A DNA stretch of 64,000 nucleotides from an uncultured Chthonomonadaceae bacterium (lineage in GTDB: Bacteria; Armatimonadota; Chthonomonadetes; Chthonomonadales; Chthonomonadaceae), in the NCBI GenBank assembly GCA_963835065.1, contig CAWIEK010000002.1, positions 64,001-128,000 of the forward strand, in the 5' to 3' direction. Shown piece after piece: positions 42,097-53,089 of the stretch. The notes beneath the pieces were generated by a model that had not been told where the DNA came from, ran no database searches, and saw only the letters and a list, made by a program, of their open reading frames with translations. A program made the position numbers and the translations under genes. Each line of letters opens with the position of its first letter. Position 1 is the first letter of the stretch.

Positions 42097-42182
42097 AGGG
42101 AGTGGGGAGTGGGGAGTAGGGAGTAGGGCATCAGATGTTCCTACTCCCTACTCCCTACCCCCTGCCTTGAAGGAGTTTTACA

Positions 42183-43565
42183 ATGCAAGTATCACGTCGT
42201 TTGTTTGTGAAGAATGGGGGCATTGCCCTCGCCTCAGTGGGGTTGGCTCCGGTTTTGGGACCGATGTTTTTGCGGCAGGCCGCGTTTGCGGCAGGGAATG
42301 AAGCCCGCAAAAAGGGTAAAATCCTGATCTGCATCTTTCAGCGCGGCGCGGCGGACGGCCTGAACATTGTCGCGCCGCATGGCGACCCCGGCCTGTACCG
42401 GCTGCGCCCGACTCTGGCCTTAGCGCGTCCCGGTGGCGGAGGGAACAACGCGCTGCTGGATATGGACGGTTTTTACGGCCTGCATCCCGCGCTGGCTCCG
42501 TTCCTGCCGATTTTCAAGTCGGGGCATCTGGCCGCGATTCATGCCTGCGGCTCGCCTGACGCGACCCGCTCACACTTTGATGCGCAGGACTTTATGGAGT
42601 CGGGCGAACCGGGCAACAAGAACGGCGCGGACGGCTGGCTGGCGCGTACGGTTCTCGCCTGTCCCGAAGACCGGGCGAAACTGACCGCCGCTTCAACGGG
42701 CGGCAGTCCGTTCCGGGCGGTCGCGTTGGGCGGCGATCACGGCCTGCCGCGCAGCCTGCAAGGGGATGCGGGCGCGCTTGCCATTCCCGATTTGAAAACG
42801 TTCGGCATCGGGGTTGCGAGTGGTGGGGAAGCGGGGCGAGGGCGTAAAAACGGCGGCGGGCGCGTCATGGCGGGTAACAGCGCTGCCAGCGCTGACATTC
42901 TGGCGTCGAACACGTCCGCGGCGGGCGGCTTTGAAACGCTGTACGATCATGCGGTGGGCGATGTGCTGCACGGGCCGGGCAAGGAGAGTTTTGAGGCCAT
43001 TTCGCTGCTGAAAAAGGCCGTGCCCGGAACGTATATACCTTCCAACGGAGCCGCGTACCCGACCGGGCGCTTTGGCGAGTCGCTGAAGCAGATCGCGCAA
43101 CTGGTAAAGGCCGATGTGGGCGTGGAAGTGGCGTTTGCGGAAATGGGCGGATGGGACACGCATGTCAACCAGACGCCGCGCCTGACGCAGCAATTGCGCG
43201 AATTCGGACAGGGCGTATCCGCGCTGTACGCCGATTTGGGCGAGCGGATGGCGGACGTAGTCATTCTGACGATGAGCGAATTTGGCCGCGCCGCGCGCCA
43301 GAATGGAACGGGGGGCACGGATCACGGCCACGCGACTTGCTTCTTCGCGCTCGGCGGGGATGTGAACGGCGGCAAAGTGCTTGGCAAATGGCCGGGCTTG
43401 GGCGACGGCCAGTTGTACGAAAACCGCGACCTGGCGATGACAACCGACTTCCGCGCCGTGTTCGGTGAAATCGCCATGAAGCATCTGGGCGCGCAGAGTT
43501 TGCCGCGCGTGTTCCCCGGCTACAAGGGTTCGCCTGCCGACTTCCGGGGCGTCATCCGCGCCTGA
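42183..43565 (+). CDS. DUF1501 family protein (Tat signal)
   Basis: SRRLFVK, IFQRGAADGL, TRSHFDAQDFME, GGWDTH, SEFGR...NG..GTDHG, DL..TTDFR. Confidence 0.92.
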   Translation: MQVSRRLFVKNGGIALASVGLAPVLGPMFLRQAAFAAGNEARKKGKILICIFQRGAADGLNIVAPHGDPGLYRLRPTLALARPGGGGNNALLDMDGFYGLHPALAPFLPIFKSGHLAAIHACGSPDATRSHFDAQDFMESGEPGNKNGADGWLARTVLACPEDRAKLTAASTGGSPFRAVALGGDHGLPRSLQGDAGALAIPDLKTFGIGVASGGEAGRGRKNGGGRVMAGNSAASADILASNTSAAGGFETLYDHAVGDVLHGPGKESFEAISLLKKAVPGTYIPSNGAAYPTGRFGESLKQIAQLVKADVGVEVAFAEMGGWDTHVNQTPRLTQQLREFGQGVSALYADLGERMADVVILTMSEFGRAARQNGTGGTDHGHATCFFALGGDVNGGKVLGKWPGLGDGQLYENRDLAMTTDFRAVFGEIAMKHLGAQSLPRVFPGYKGSPADFRGVIRA

Positions 43566-43587
43566 TACACTTGGGTATAAGTCTATT

Positions 43588-43687
43588 CACAGTAACCGGC
43601 GCAACGCCGAAGATAACGCTTTCGTTAGCACCACTAAGCCGTCAGAACCTATGGATAACGAAAAGGTTTTATATGCCGGTTACTGTG
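43588..43687. repeat. 100-bp element with a 13-bp terminal IR
   Basis: cacagtaaccggc ... gccggttactgtg with inner tttcgtta/taacgaaa. Confidence 0.5.
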
Positions 43688-43746
43688 GGCAGATTTAAGC
43701 CGCAATATACTGGCGGTTTCAACAAACATCAAGGCTGACTATCTAC

Positions 43747-44694
43747 ATGGATTCTAACGTTGAAAAGGGTGTGGAAGCGCAAGCCGCGCCGCTTGTTGTT
43801 GGGTTAGGGGAAGTATTGTGGGACGTTATCTCTCCCACTGAAAAATACCTGGGCGGCGCTCCGGCCAACTTCGCCTTCCACAGTTTGCAGCTTGGCGCGA
43901 ATGGCGTTGTCGTGAGCGGCATCGGTGAGGATGCGCTTGGACAGGAAATCACGGCGCAGTTAAAGGCCAAAGGGCTGGATACCACCTGTTTGCGGCAGGA
44001 CGCGCGCCATTCCACCGGAACCGTGACCGTGCAGAAAGACGCGCAGGGGCAGCCCACCTACAACATTCATGCCCCCGTCGCGTGGGACTTTCTGCCGTTC
44101 GACGATCTGCTGCGCCAACAGGCCGAAAACGCGGATGCGGTATGCTTCGGGACGCTGGCGCAACGTTCCCTGGCTTCCCGCGCTGCCATTCGCGCTTTTG
44201 TCACTGCCACGCGCCCCGACTGCCTGCGCGTGTTCGACATCAATCTCCGGCAAGCGTTTTATAATCGTGACGTGATTGAATCTTCGCTGGAATTATGCAA
44301 TGTCCTGAAATTAAACCACGAGGAACTGCCCGTTGTCGCCGACCTGCTGGAACTGCCGGGTAGCAATTCGGCGGACGAAACAGCCCTGCTCACATCGCTT
44401 CTGGCGCGTTACCCTTTGCGGCTTATCGCGCTGACGCGGGGCGGAAATGGCAGCGTTCTGACCACAAAATTCCGCCACTCAGAACATCCCGGCTACCCGG
44501 CGACAATCGTGGATACGGTAGGAGCCGGGGACGCTTTCACCGCCGCGCTGACCTGGGGATTGCTGCACACCGCCGATTTAGACACTATTCACGATGCCGC
44601 CAGCCGCCTCGCAAATTTCGTTTGCTCCCAACCCGGCGGTACGCCCCAAGTGCCCGCGTCTCTGAAGGCGCAGCTTGCTTTCGGCATGATTTGA
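43747..44694 (+). CDS. PfkB family carbohydrate kinase (fructokinase-like)
   Basis: GEVLWD, GGAPAN, FDINLR, LKLNHEE, DTVGAGDAF. Confidence 0.92.
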   Translation: MDSNVEKGVEAQAAPLVVGLGEVLWDVISPTEKYLGGAPANFAFHSLQLGANGVVVSGIGEDALGQEITAQLKAKGLDTTCLRQDARHSTGTVTVQKDAQGQPTYNIHAPVAWDFLPFDDLLRQQAENADAVCFGTLAQRSLASRAAIRAFVTATRPDCLRVFDINLRQAFYNRDVIESSLELCNVLKLNHEELPVVADLLELPGSNSADETALLTSLLARYPLRLIALTRGGNGSVLTTKFRHSEHPGYPATIVDTVGAGDAFTAALTWGLLHTADLDTIHDAASRLANFVCSQPGGTPQVPASLKAQLAFGMI

Positions 44695-44776
44695 AGAGAA
44701 TCAGCCATGAATGAACGCGAATGAACGCGAATAACGCTTGCTGTGAAATACCCTCGATAGGTTGAAAACACCCGCT

Positions 44777-44895
44777 CCGGGGATTAAAAATCCCTGGCAA
44801 CACAAAACAAGCGTCCTACGGACGCAACTCTATAGGAAGATTCCCGCGTCCGCAGGACGCTTGCACTTTCCTGCCGGGGATTTTCAATCCCCGGC
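44777..44895. repeat. REPIN-like family A copy 4
   Basis: ccggggattaaaaatccctgg ... caagcgtcctacggacgc / gcgtccgcaggacgcttg ... gccggggattttcaatccccggc. Confidence 0.8.
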
Positions 44896-44925
44896 CTAAA
44901 TTTCACAGCAAGCATGAATAGTACA

Positions 44926-46137
44926 CTAAGGCAGCTTCTGTGCGCCCTGCGCGGCAGTGGTGACGTAGATAGTGGTTTCAAGGCCGGTGGCGGCTTGGTA
45001 GATGGGAGGAACGTCGCGCAGGAACGCTTCCACAGCTTCATCCCCCACCAGGCTGACCGTGCAGCCGCCGAAGCCCGCGCCCGTCATGCGCGAGCCGTAC
45101 ACGCCCGCAATGCTCCGCGCCGCTTCGACCATCGCATCCAGTTCTGGACAACTGACTTCGTAATCGTCGCGCAGGCTTTCATGGGATTGGTTCATCAACT
45201 GCCCGAAACGCGCAATGTCGCCGGCTTTCAATGCGGTCACGCTTTCCAGAACCCGCGCGTCTTCCGTGACGACGTGCCGCGCCCGCTTACGCGCCAGTTC
45301 GGGCAGTTCCGCTTCGTAACGCTGAAATTCCTCAACGCTTACATCGCGCAGAGCCTTCACGTCCGGCAGATACTTTTGGAACAGGCGCACGGCTTCGGCG
45401 CATTGGTCTACCCGCTCGTTGTACCACGTTGTCAAGTTACCTTCGGGGCGTTTTTTATTGGTATTGGCAATCACAATGCTGACGCCCGAAGTCGGCAGGG
45501 GAACGGCCTCATAACTATAAGGAACGGCCTCGCCGGTTCGTTCGCGGGTATCAATCAGCAGCGCGTGGTTTGCCTGTCCCAACGCTGAAATAAACTGATC
45601 CATGATGCCCACTTTGGCTCCAATAAACTCACGTTCGCCCTGCCGCGCCAGCATTGCCAGCCGCATCGGGTCTACGGGCGTAGCGCTTGCCGTCGCCAGC
45701 GCCAGCCCACACGCGACCAGCATGGCGGCGGATGAGGACAAGCCCGCTCCCAACGGCACATCGCCGCTGATGACCGCGTTCATGCCCGTGACCGCCCTGC
45801 CTTCCCTGCCCATCACCCACGCCATCGCTCGCAGGTAGTTGTTCCAGCCCTGCTCGGATTTATCGGCGGGGTCCAGGTCCGCAAGGCGGAACGTGGAAGA
45901 TTGATCGAAGTTCAGCGCATACGCGCTTACTTCCCCATCCGAACGCCGCGAACCCACAATCATCACGTCGCGCTCAATGGCGGCAGGAAACACAAAGCCG
46001 TCGTTGTAATCAGTGTGTTCCCCGATCAGATTGACGCGCCCCGGCGCGCGGACGACAAACTCCGGCGCGCTTTCATACAATGCCATAAACTTTTGTTCCA
46101 GTTCCTGCCGACGCTGGCCTGCCTGTGTCTGTTCCAT
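44926..46137 (-). CDS. galK: Galactokinase
   Basis: APGRVNLIGEHTDYNDGFV, PLGAGLSSSA, GIMDQ, GSRMTGAGFGGC. Confidence 0.96.
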   Translation of the reverse strand: MEQTQAGQRRQELEQKFMALYESAPEFVVRAPGRVNLIGEHTDYNDGFVFPAAIERDVMIVGSRRSDGEVSAYALNFDQSSTFRLADLDPADKSEQGWNNYLRAMAWVMGREGRAVTGMNAVISGDVPLGAGLSSSAAMLVACGLALATASATPVDPMRLAMLARQGEREFIGAKVGIMDQFISALGQANHALLIDTRERTGEAVPYSYEAVPLPTSGVSIVIANTNKKRPEGNLTTWYNERVDQCAEAVRLFQKYLPDVKALRDVSVEEFQRYEAELPELARKRARHVVTEDARVLESVTALKAGDIARFGQLMNQSHESLRDDYEVSCPELDAMVEAARSIAGVYGSRMTGAGFGGCTVSLVGDEAVEAFLRDVPPIYQAATGLETTIYVTTAAQGAQKLP

Positions 46138-46387
46138 GCTGTTGATCCTCGCGCCTAGGGCGCTTTCAATGCTTACTTTCAATGGTTGCTTTCGATGCTT
46201 GCAAAGTATGTCGCAGTATAGCACACGGCGCGAATGGCTGCAAGAAGGGTCAGTGGTTAATAATGCCAACCTTCAGGGAACAACTAATTTATCTGGCGCG
46301 TCCTTGTCCATGCCTATCGTTCATACATCAGTATGCGGCAATGTGATCTGTTCGCATGGCCGCTCACCACACAAAGGAGATACTCTC

Positions 46388-46888
46388 ATGGCGGAGACAC
46401 CTCAGGATCGCTTGATTCGCTACATTCAGGACGCGCACGCTTCCGAAGTCGGCATTGTGACCGTTCTCAAAGATTTCATCAACGAAGTTGACAATGTGCA
46501 GGTAAAGGCCGTGTTCCAGGAGCATCTGGCCGTGACGGAAAGCCAGGCGCAGCGTCTGGAACAGCGCCTGATTGCGCTTGGCTCGGGCGCATCCGACGGC
46601 AAGGGATTCCTGAACACCCTTATGGGCAAAGCCGGTGACGTGATGCATGCCATGCACGACTCCAAAGACAAAACCACGCAGGACTTGATTAAAGCCTACG
46701 CGACGGAGCATCTGGAAATCGGCATGTACAAGTCGCTGTACTCCTACGCTTCCGCCGTTGGCGACACCCAGACCGCGCAACTGGCGAAGCAGATTCAGGC
46801 CGAGGAACAGGAAGCGGCGGACAAAGTGTTCCCGCTGATTACCCTGACCGCGCAGGCAGCTCTGGCGGCCACGACCGCAGCCGTTTAA
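46388..46888 (+). CDS. DUF892 ferritin-like stress protein (YciE/YciF-like)
   Basis: AAAGGAG SD; YIQDAHASE, HL..TE.Q..RLE, YATEHLEI..Y..L, EEQ. Confidence 0.88.
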   Translation: MAETPQDRLIRYIQDAHASEVGIVTVLKDFINEVDNVQVKAVFQEHLAVTESQAQRLEQRLIALGSGASDGKGFLNTLMGKAGDVMHAMHDSKDKTTQDLIKAYATEHLEIGMYKSLYSYASAVGDTQTAQLAKQIQAEEQEAADKVFPLITLTAQAALAATTAAV

Positions 46889-47064
46889 GGGGTTGAGAGT
46901 TGAGGGTTGAGGGCGCTGGCTCCTCTGCTGGAAGGCGGGGGAGCCGTTTTAGTTGTTGCCAGTTTAAATAGGAGCATGCCGACTTCTCCGAACACCCAAC
47001 ACCCAACACCGAATACCGAATACCGAATACCGAACACCGGCATTTACAGAATAAGGAGTTATAC

Positions 47065-47934
47065 ATGACTACGACGAATACGGATACGAGCGCCCGCGCT
47101 TCTGGAACATTTTTGTTGGGCGGCGATATTGCCGTCAACCGCATGGGGTTTGGAGCCATGCGTATCACGGGCAAGGGGATTTGGGGTGAGCCGCAGGACC
47201 CGGAACAGTGCAAGGCCGTGCTGCGCCGCGCTGTGGAATTGGGCGTCAACTTCATTGATACCGCCGATGCGTATGGCCCGGAAGTTTCGGAAAGATTGAT
47301 TGCGGAAACATTGCACCCGTACCCGCAAGACCTCATTATCGCCACCAAGGGTGGATTGACGCGGCAGGGGCCGGACAAGTGGCTTCCTGTCGGGCGTCCC
47401 GAATACCTGCGGCAGTGCGTGGAAATGAGTCTGCGCCGACTCAAAGTGGAGCGCATTGACCTGTACCAACTGCACCGCATTGACCCCAAAGTGCCCGTCG
47501 AGGAGCAGCTTGGCATTTTGACGGAGATGCAGCAGGAGGGGAAAATACGCCACATCGGATTGTCGGAAGTGTCCGTAAACGAACTGAAACACGCGCAAAC
47601 GCTGGCAACTATCGTTTCCGTGCAAAACCTGTACAATCTTTCCAACCGCAAGGCCGAAGACGTTTTAACCTACTGCGAACAAAACAGCCTGGGCTTTATC
47701 CCCTGGTTCCCGGTTGCGGCAGGCAAGCTGACGCAGCCCGGCGGGCCATTAGACAAGGCCGCGCAAAACCATCACGCGACCATGGCGCAGCTTGCCCTGG
47801 CCTGGCTGCTCAAACGCTCACCCGTCATGCTGCCCATTCCCGGCACATCCTCCGTCGCCCATCTGGAAGAAAACGTCGCCGCTTCCGGCGTTCCTCTAAC
47901 CGACGAAGAGTTTGCCGCTCTGACGCAGCAATAA
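47065..47934 (+). CDS. Aldo/keto reductase
   Basis: [48 protein letters not shown]. Confidence 0.95.
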   Translation: MTTTNTDTSARASGTFLLGGDIAVNRMGFGAMRITGKGIWGEPQDPEQCKAVLRRAVELGVNFIDTADAYGPEVSERLIAETLHPYPQDLIIATKGGLTRQGPDKWLPVGRPEYLRQCVEMSLRRLKVERIDLYQLHRIDPKVPVEEQLGILTEMQQEGKIRHIGLSEVSVNELKHAQTLATIVSVQNLYNLSNRKAEDVLTYCEQNSLGFIPWFPVAAGKLTQPGGPLDKAAQNHHATMAQLALAWLLKRSPVMLPIPGTSSVAHLEENVAASGVPLTDEEFAALTQQ

Positions 47935-47942
47935 CCTTAACG

Positions 47943-48656
47943 CTATCTGCGGGAAGCGGCAAGTTCGCGCACGGCAGGAGCCAACTGCATGAGGTCCGTC
48001 ACCACTTTGTCGGCGCGCTCCTGCTCCGTTCGCGGATCATAGTACACATAAAGTTGCCCGCGCCGGAATTGAACGGTTCCCATGCCCAACGCCCGCGCGG
48101 GCGCTACATCCACGTCCGGGCGATCTCCTACCATAATGGCAGCCTTTGCATCACATCCGGTCTGTTCCAGCGCCCATGTGAAAATCTTGGGGTCGGGTTT
48201 GGACACGCCTACGATTTCGTCAATGGCAGTCACGTCGAAATACGGCGTCAGGCCATAATCGCGCAAGGCGTCCATGATCTGCGGATGCTGATTGGCGATA
48301 ATGCCCAACCGAAAATCGCGTTTCAAGTCCTGCACCACCGTCAGCATGTTGTCGAGCAGCATCCCATACGGGCGCGGCTTGCGCATGGCCTCGTACTCCG
48401 CGTGTCCCTGATGAATGATAAGGTCCGCCCGCTCCCTGTCCGGCACGAACGCATAAACCGCGTCATTGTACGCGCCGGTTGGCGCAATACGGGCGCAATC
48501 CCGCACCCGCGCATGGTACGCATCCCATGTTACGTCAATGCCATTGCGCCGCATTGCCAGCAGCATCGAGTGGAACAGGTATTGATGCTGCGCATTCTCA
48601 TCGAACAGCACATCGCCGATGTCGAAAAAAATAATTTTTGTATTCATGTAGTCCAC
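47943..48656 (-). CDS. HAD family hydrolase
   Basis: FFDIGDVL, SKPDPKIF, MVGDR...DV.PA. Confidence 0.9.
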   Translation of the reverse strand: MDYMNTKIIFFDIGDVLFDENAQHQYLFHSMLLAMRRNGIDVTWDAYHARVRDCARIAPTGAYNDAVYAFVPDRERADLIIHQGHAEYEAMRKPRPYGMLLDNMLTVVQDLKRDFRLGIIANQHPQIMDALRDYGLTPYFDVTAIDEIVGVSKPDPKIFTWALEQTGCDAKAAIMVGDRPDVDVAPARALGMGTVQFRRGQLYVYYDPRTEQERADKVVTDLMQLAPAVRELAASRR

Positions 48657-48809
48657 GTACCTCCTATCTTCGTAACCCTATTGTTGACAGTACAGGCCGT
48701 CGTTGCTGCAATGGCGGACAGCGCTGATTTGTTCTGCAAACACGGCGCGAACCCCTGCAATAATGTGTGAGATATTCCGTTACAACTCGTTCCTATACAA
48801 ATTGGGAGG

Positions 48810-49373
48810 TTGATTGGCATGTGGTTACGTTTGACCGGCTGGTTTTATTGGCTGTTATCGCCTGGGTTGAACCTGTACCTGCGTTTGTTCATGCCCCGCT
48901 ATTCCCGTTTTCTGCGGCTCGACGCCTTAGCCGCTAAAGCTTTTCACAGAGGCAACTATGTCAAAGCGACGGAACTTGCCTCGGAAGCCTTGCGGCTTGC
49001 GGAAAAGTATACCGACGATTGGAACTATGGCAACGTGATCCATGACAGCCACCAGATTTTAGGGATGGTTGCTTTGAAAATGGGCGATGTTGCGCAGGCA
49101 AAGACCTCCCTTCTTGCAGCCGGCAAAACGCCCGGTTCGCCACAGTTGGACTCCTTCGGACCGAGTATCGTGCTGGCGCAGGAGTTGCTGAAACTGGATG
49201 AAAGGCAGGTCGTGAAAGAGTATTTAGACCTGGTTGCTGTATTTTGGGCAGCCGAGAAGGACGAGCGGTTTCGTGAGGTTGAAAAGAAAAATAAACAGTT
49301 GCTTCAAGAGTGGAAGGTGGATATTGATGCCGGGCGTGTGCCTGACTACTATCTGTGGAAGCAAAATCTGTGA
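48810..49373 (+). CDS. Hypothetical TPR-like protein
   Basis: GGGAGG SD; helical protein with DWNYGN.IH and AGKTPGSPQL.SFGP motifs. Confidence 0.7.
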   Translation: MIGMWLRLTGWFYWLLSPGLNLYLRLFMPRYSRFLRLDALAAKAFHRGNYVKATELASEALRLAEKYTDDWNYGNVIHDSHQILGMVALKMGDVAQAKTSLLAAGKTPGSPQLDSFGPSIVLAQELLKLDERQVVKEYLDLVAVFWAAEKDERFREVEKKNKQLLQEWKVDIDAGRVPDYYLWKQNL

Positions 49374-49400
49374 CAATTAATGATTGCCTCGCGGGTTGAT

Positions 49401-50312
49401 TCAGGACGAATGTAGCTGCGCGGTCTGCGATTCGGCGTGTTCTTCCATCGGAATCGTTTGCAGGATGAAGGGCGTTTGCGCAAGGGTTTCGGGTGGCAGC
49501 GCGATTTCGTCGGGCGCGACGCGCAGCAGTTGATTGGCGGGCGTACTGGAAGCCGTACTCATGGCGGGGCGCAGCAGTACGTCGGTTGCGGTGTGGTTGC
49601 CGTCGGAAGCGCGCAGCAGGGTTTGCGTCAGCCGTTGGTTTTCCACGCGCATTTGCAGGAACGGCAGACATTCTTTGGCGGCGGCCATGACATCTACATG
49701 GGTTGTGCGGTGAGCATCCTCTGCCAACTCCATGACTATCGGCAGCGAACTTGCATCGCCTACCTGTTGCAGCGCGCGCAGCGTCGTAATCTGAAGCTGC
49801 TCTGCCGTCGCCTGGAATTGTTTCGTCCAATTTCGCTTCAAGCCAAGTTTGCCGGCAAGCAGGCGGTTCAGAATGGCGTGGTGTTCGGGCGCAAGCAGGG
49901 GGGCATCGGAGGCTTGCAGGCGCGGCAGCAGTTTTTCCAGCAGCATGGCCGCGTCATTTCTTAAATCGTTATCGTTGTATTCCAGCATTTCGATCAGGCG
50001 TGGAACAGCGCGAACATCATCGAACTCCGCCAGCGCTTGAACGCCTTTTTTCTGCTTTTGCGTGGCCGCGTACATGCCTACGATCATTCCAGTAAAACTG
50101 CCAAACGAGTTGAAAATTCCTCCCAAGCCGTGAAGACTTCTTGTGAGGACGCCGATCAACATTATGACAAACAGGCTCAGGTAGAAACCCAAAAATATCT
50201 TGACAAATCGCCGCTTTTTGAGGGTTTTTCGCCGCTCGTCCGCCAGCAATGCCAGTAACTCGTCCAGCGAATTGAAAACAAGCGGCTCATCCTTTTTTGT
50301 GAATCTACCCAA
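49401..50312 (-). CDS. Membrane protein with HEAT-like repeats
   Basis: Two TM segments, DVRAVPRLIEML, LRALQQVGD...LP.V..LA. Confidence 0.75.
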   Translation of the reverse strand: MGRFTKKDEPLVFNSLDELLALLADERRKTLKKRRFVKIFLGFYLSLFVIMLIGVLTRSLHGLGGIFNSFGSFTGMIVGMYAATQKQKKGVQALAEFDDVRAVPRLIEMLEYNDNDLRNDAAMLLEKLLPRLQASDAPLLAPEHHAILNRLLAGKLGLKRNWTKQFQATAEQLQITTLRALQQVGDASSLPIVMELAEDAHRTTHVDVMAAAKECLPFLQMRVENQRLTQTLLRASDGNHTATDVLLRPAMSTASSTPANQLLRVAPDEIALPPETLAQTPFILQTIPMEEHAESQTAQLHSS

Positions 50313-50319
50313 ATCTTGC

Positions 50320-51234
50320 TTACTCCAGACCGTAAGAATCTTTACTTCCTAAATTAGCGTAGATTTCGCGCGTGGCTGTGGACTTGTTCAGCGTGTAGAA
50401 GTGGATGCCGCGTACCGAGCAGTCCAGCAGGTCACGGCACTGCTCGGTTGCCCAGTGGATGCCCACTTTCCTGACGTAATCCTCATCCCCGGCGCAGCGC
50501 AGCACGGACTTTTGCAGGCGGGCGGGAATCCGCGCGCCCAGCGCCAGTTCCGCCATTTTGTTCATGCCGCCCACCGATGTAATCGGCATAATCCCGGCGA
50601 GAATGGGAACGCTGATGCCTGCCAGTTCGCAGCGCTCGCGGAAATCATAAAAGTCGCGGTTGTCGAAAAACAACTGCGTCACGATGTAATCCGCGCCCGC
50701 GTCCACTTTGGCCTTCAAATAATCCATTTCATGCAGGCGGTTGGGAGTCGCGGGATGGCCTTCCGGGAAGCCCGCCACGCCGATGCCGAAGCCGCGCGGG
50801 TCGGGATGCTTGCCCTCCGCATTGAACTTCTTGATATACGCCGCCAAATCCCCGGCGCGGTGAAAAGCGTCCCCGCTCCGGTCATGCCCGGAACGATTGC
50901 GGGGCACGTCGCCACTCAGCGCGAGGATGTTGGAAATGCCGTGTTCGGCATAGCGTTCCAGAATGTTGCAAATCTCTTCTTCCGTATGGCATACGCAGGT
51001 CAGATGCGGAATTGGATCGCAGGACGTGGTGTTCTTGAGGCGTACCACCAGATCGTGCGTGTATTTGCGCGTAGACCCGCCCGCGCCATACGTGACGGAC
51101 ACGAAGGACGGGTGCAGGGTTTCGAGTTCGGCAATCGTGCCGAAAAGCTGTTCCGCCGCCACGTCGTTTTTGGGCGGCATGAACTCGAAGCTAAAGGTTG
51201 TGCGCCAGTTGGCGAAAATGTCGCGGATGTGCAT
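50320..51234 (-). CDS. metF: 5,10-methylenetetrahydrofolate reductase
   Basis: FSFEF.PPK, FVSVTYGAGG, HLTCV, AGFPEGH, KVDAGADY.VTQLFFD, HFYTLN. Confidence 0.96.
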   Translation of the reverse strand: MHIRDIFANWRTTFSFEFMPPKNDVAAEQLFGTIAELETLHPSFVSVTYGAGGSTRKYTHDLVVRLKNTTSCDPIPHLTCVCHTEEEICNILERYAEHGISNILALSGDVPRNRSGHDRSGDAFHRAGDLAAYIKKFNAEGKHPDPRGFGIGVAGFPEGHPATPNRLHEMDYLKAKVDAGADYIVTQLFFDNRDFYDFRERCELAGISVPILAGIMPITSVGGMNKMAELALGARIPARLQKSVLRCAGDEDYVRKVGIHWATEQCRDLLDCSVRGIHFYTLNKSTATREIYANLGSKDSYGLE

Positions 51235-51541
51235 GGTGGTTCAGGTATTCAGGTGTTCAGGTATTCGGGTGTTCAGGTATTTGGTTTGTAGCTTGCGCTG
51301 TTGGATTGAATGTAAACATGGTATATTCTACCTGATTTGCAGGCGAGCCGACAGCGTGTTTGTCTATGTTGCCTGTTTCGCAGGCTTATAATTCACGGTT
51401 ACGCCGTATTCTCATGCGGACACTGTATATTTTGACGTATTTGAAGCGTAAATAGAGGTGCGAAAGCCATTATATGGCCCACGCGCCCTACGTTACCAAA
51501 CACCTGAACACCTGAATACCTGAACACCGAATACCCAACCT

Positions 51542-52996
51542 ATGAAACGTCCACTCGCTATTCTCGCCCTGACATTGTTTTTGGATCTGCTCGGCTTCGG
51601 CCTGATTTTACCCCTGCTGCCCGTGTACATCACGCACTATGGCGGGCAGCCCTGGGTTGGCGGCGCGCTGCTTGCCACCTTTTCCACCGCGCAGTTTATC
51701 TTTTCGCCGATTTGGGGGCGCATGTCGGATAAAGTGGGGCGGCGTCCGTTGATTTTGCTGAGTTTGTGCGGCTCGGCGATTTCGTTTATCGCGTTCGGTT
51801 TCGCGCCCAACCTGCTGTTTTTGTTTGTCGCCCGGGTGGCGGCGGGCATCTTGTCGGCTGCAAGCCTGCCCACCGCGCAGGCGTATATCGCGGACGTGAC
51901 GCCGCCCGAAAAGCGGGCCAGCGGCATGGCCGTGTTGGGAGCCGCGTTCGGATTGGGCTTTGCGCTTGGCCCAATGATCGGCGGCTATGCGGGGCATCCC
52001 GTACATATCGGCGCGTTCCACACCAGTTCGCTGCAAACGCCCGCTTTAATTGCCGCAACGCTGTGCTTTCTCAACTTTTTGTGGGCATTATTCATGCTGC
52101 CGGAAAGCCTGCCCAAAGGCCAGCGGCAGGAGGGCAAGGAAGGCGGGGGCGTCCTGGCTGTGTTCCCCGCCATCAGCCGCGCCATGCGCAACCCCAACAT
52201 CAGCGCCCAATTAACCGTCTTCACCTTCACGACGTTTGCGTTTACGGCTGTGGAAGCGTCGTTTTCCTGGCTGACGCTCCTGCGGTTCCGCGACCTGCTG
52301 ACCCAAAACGCGCTTCACGCCTGGCAGACTGCCAACCCCGGCCTTGTGCCACCGGCGCAGCTTCCGCAGGATTTGATCGAACACGCGCAAACAGCGGCGA
52401 CAAGCAGCATTTTCGCGGTTGTCGGCGTAACTGCCGTTTTGACGCAGCTTGTCGTGATACGCGGCCTGGCGCACAAAGTGGGAGAAAACCGGCTGGTGAT
52501 GTTCGGCGCGGGACTGCTGGCGTTTTCATTAATCGGGATCGCGTTCGCGCCCTCACTGCTGCTGCTGCGCGTCCTGGCGGCGGGGATTGCGATAGGCAGC
52601 GGCGTCATGAACCCGTCCCTGAACGCGCTGATTACCCAGGCGGCGGGGCCGAAGGAGCGGGGCAGCCTGAGCGGTACGCAGCAGGGATTGGGCAGCATGG
52701 CGCGTATCATCGCGCCACCCATCAACAACACGGTCGTCGCCTGGCATCCCGGCCCGCTTCCCATCGGCAGTGTGCCCTTTATCAGTTCTGCCCTGCTGAT
52801 GACCGTCGCCTTTGTCCTGAGCCTGCGCCTGAAGCCCCTGTTGGAACAGGCCGTCACCTTCCCAAAGGGCGTTCCCGACACGCTGCTGCAAGACCAGCCC
52901 GCGACCAACGAAACCGGAATTGCGCCCGCGATTGAAGGCGATACCGCGTCTCCCAATGCAAACGGAATTTCATCCGTCAACAAAACAACGGGGTAG
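51542..52996 (+). CDS. MFS transporter (TetA/DHA1-like)
   Basis: LDLLGFGLILP.LP, G..SDK.GRRP, AYIADVT..E.R, GFALGP..GG. Confidence 0.92.
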   Translation: MKRPLAILALTLFLDLLGFGLILPLLPVYITHYGGQPWVGGALLATFSTAQFIFSPIWGRMSDKVGRRPLILLSLCGSAISFIAFGFAPNLLFLFVARVAAGILSAASLPTAQAYIADVTPPEKRASGMAVLGAAFGLGFALGPMIGGYAGHPVHIGAFHTSSLQTPALIAATLCFLNFLWALFMLPESLPKGQRQEGKEGGGVLAVFPAISRAMRNPNISAQLTVFTFTTFAFTAVEASFSWLTLLRFRDLLTQNALHAWQTANPGLVPPAQLPQDLIEHAQTAATSSIFAVVGVTAVLTQLVVIRGLAHKVGENRLVMFGAGLLAFSLIGIAFAPSLLLLRVLAAGIAIGSGVMNPSLNALITQAAGPKERGSLSGTQQGLGSMARIIAPPINNTVVAWHPGPLPIGSVPFISSALLMTVAFVLSLRLKPLLEQAVTFPKGVPDTLLQDQPATNETGIAPAIEGDTASPNANGISSVNKTTG

Positions 52997-53089
52997 TTTC
53001 CGAGAAGATGCTAGATAGGTGTTCACTACCTCGTATGAAAATGCCCGAACACCTGAACACCCGTATCTCCGTTTAGAGGAGCAAAATCC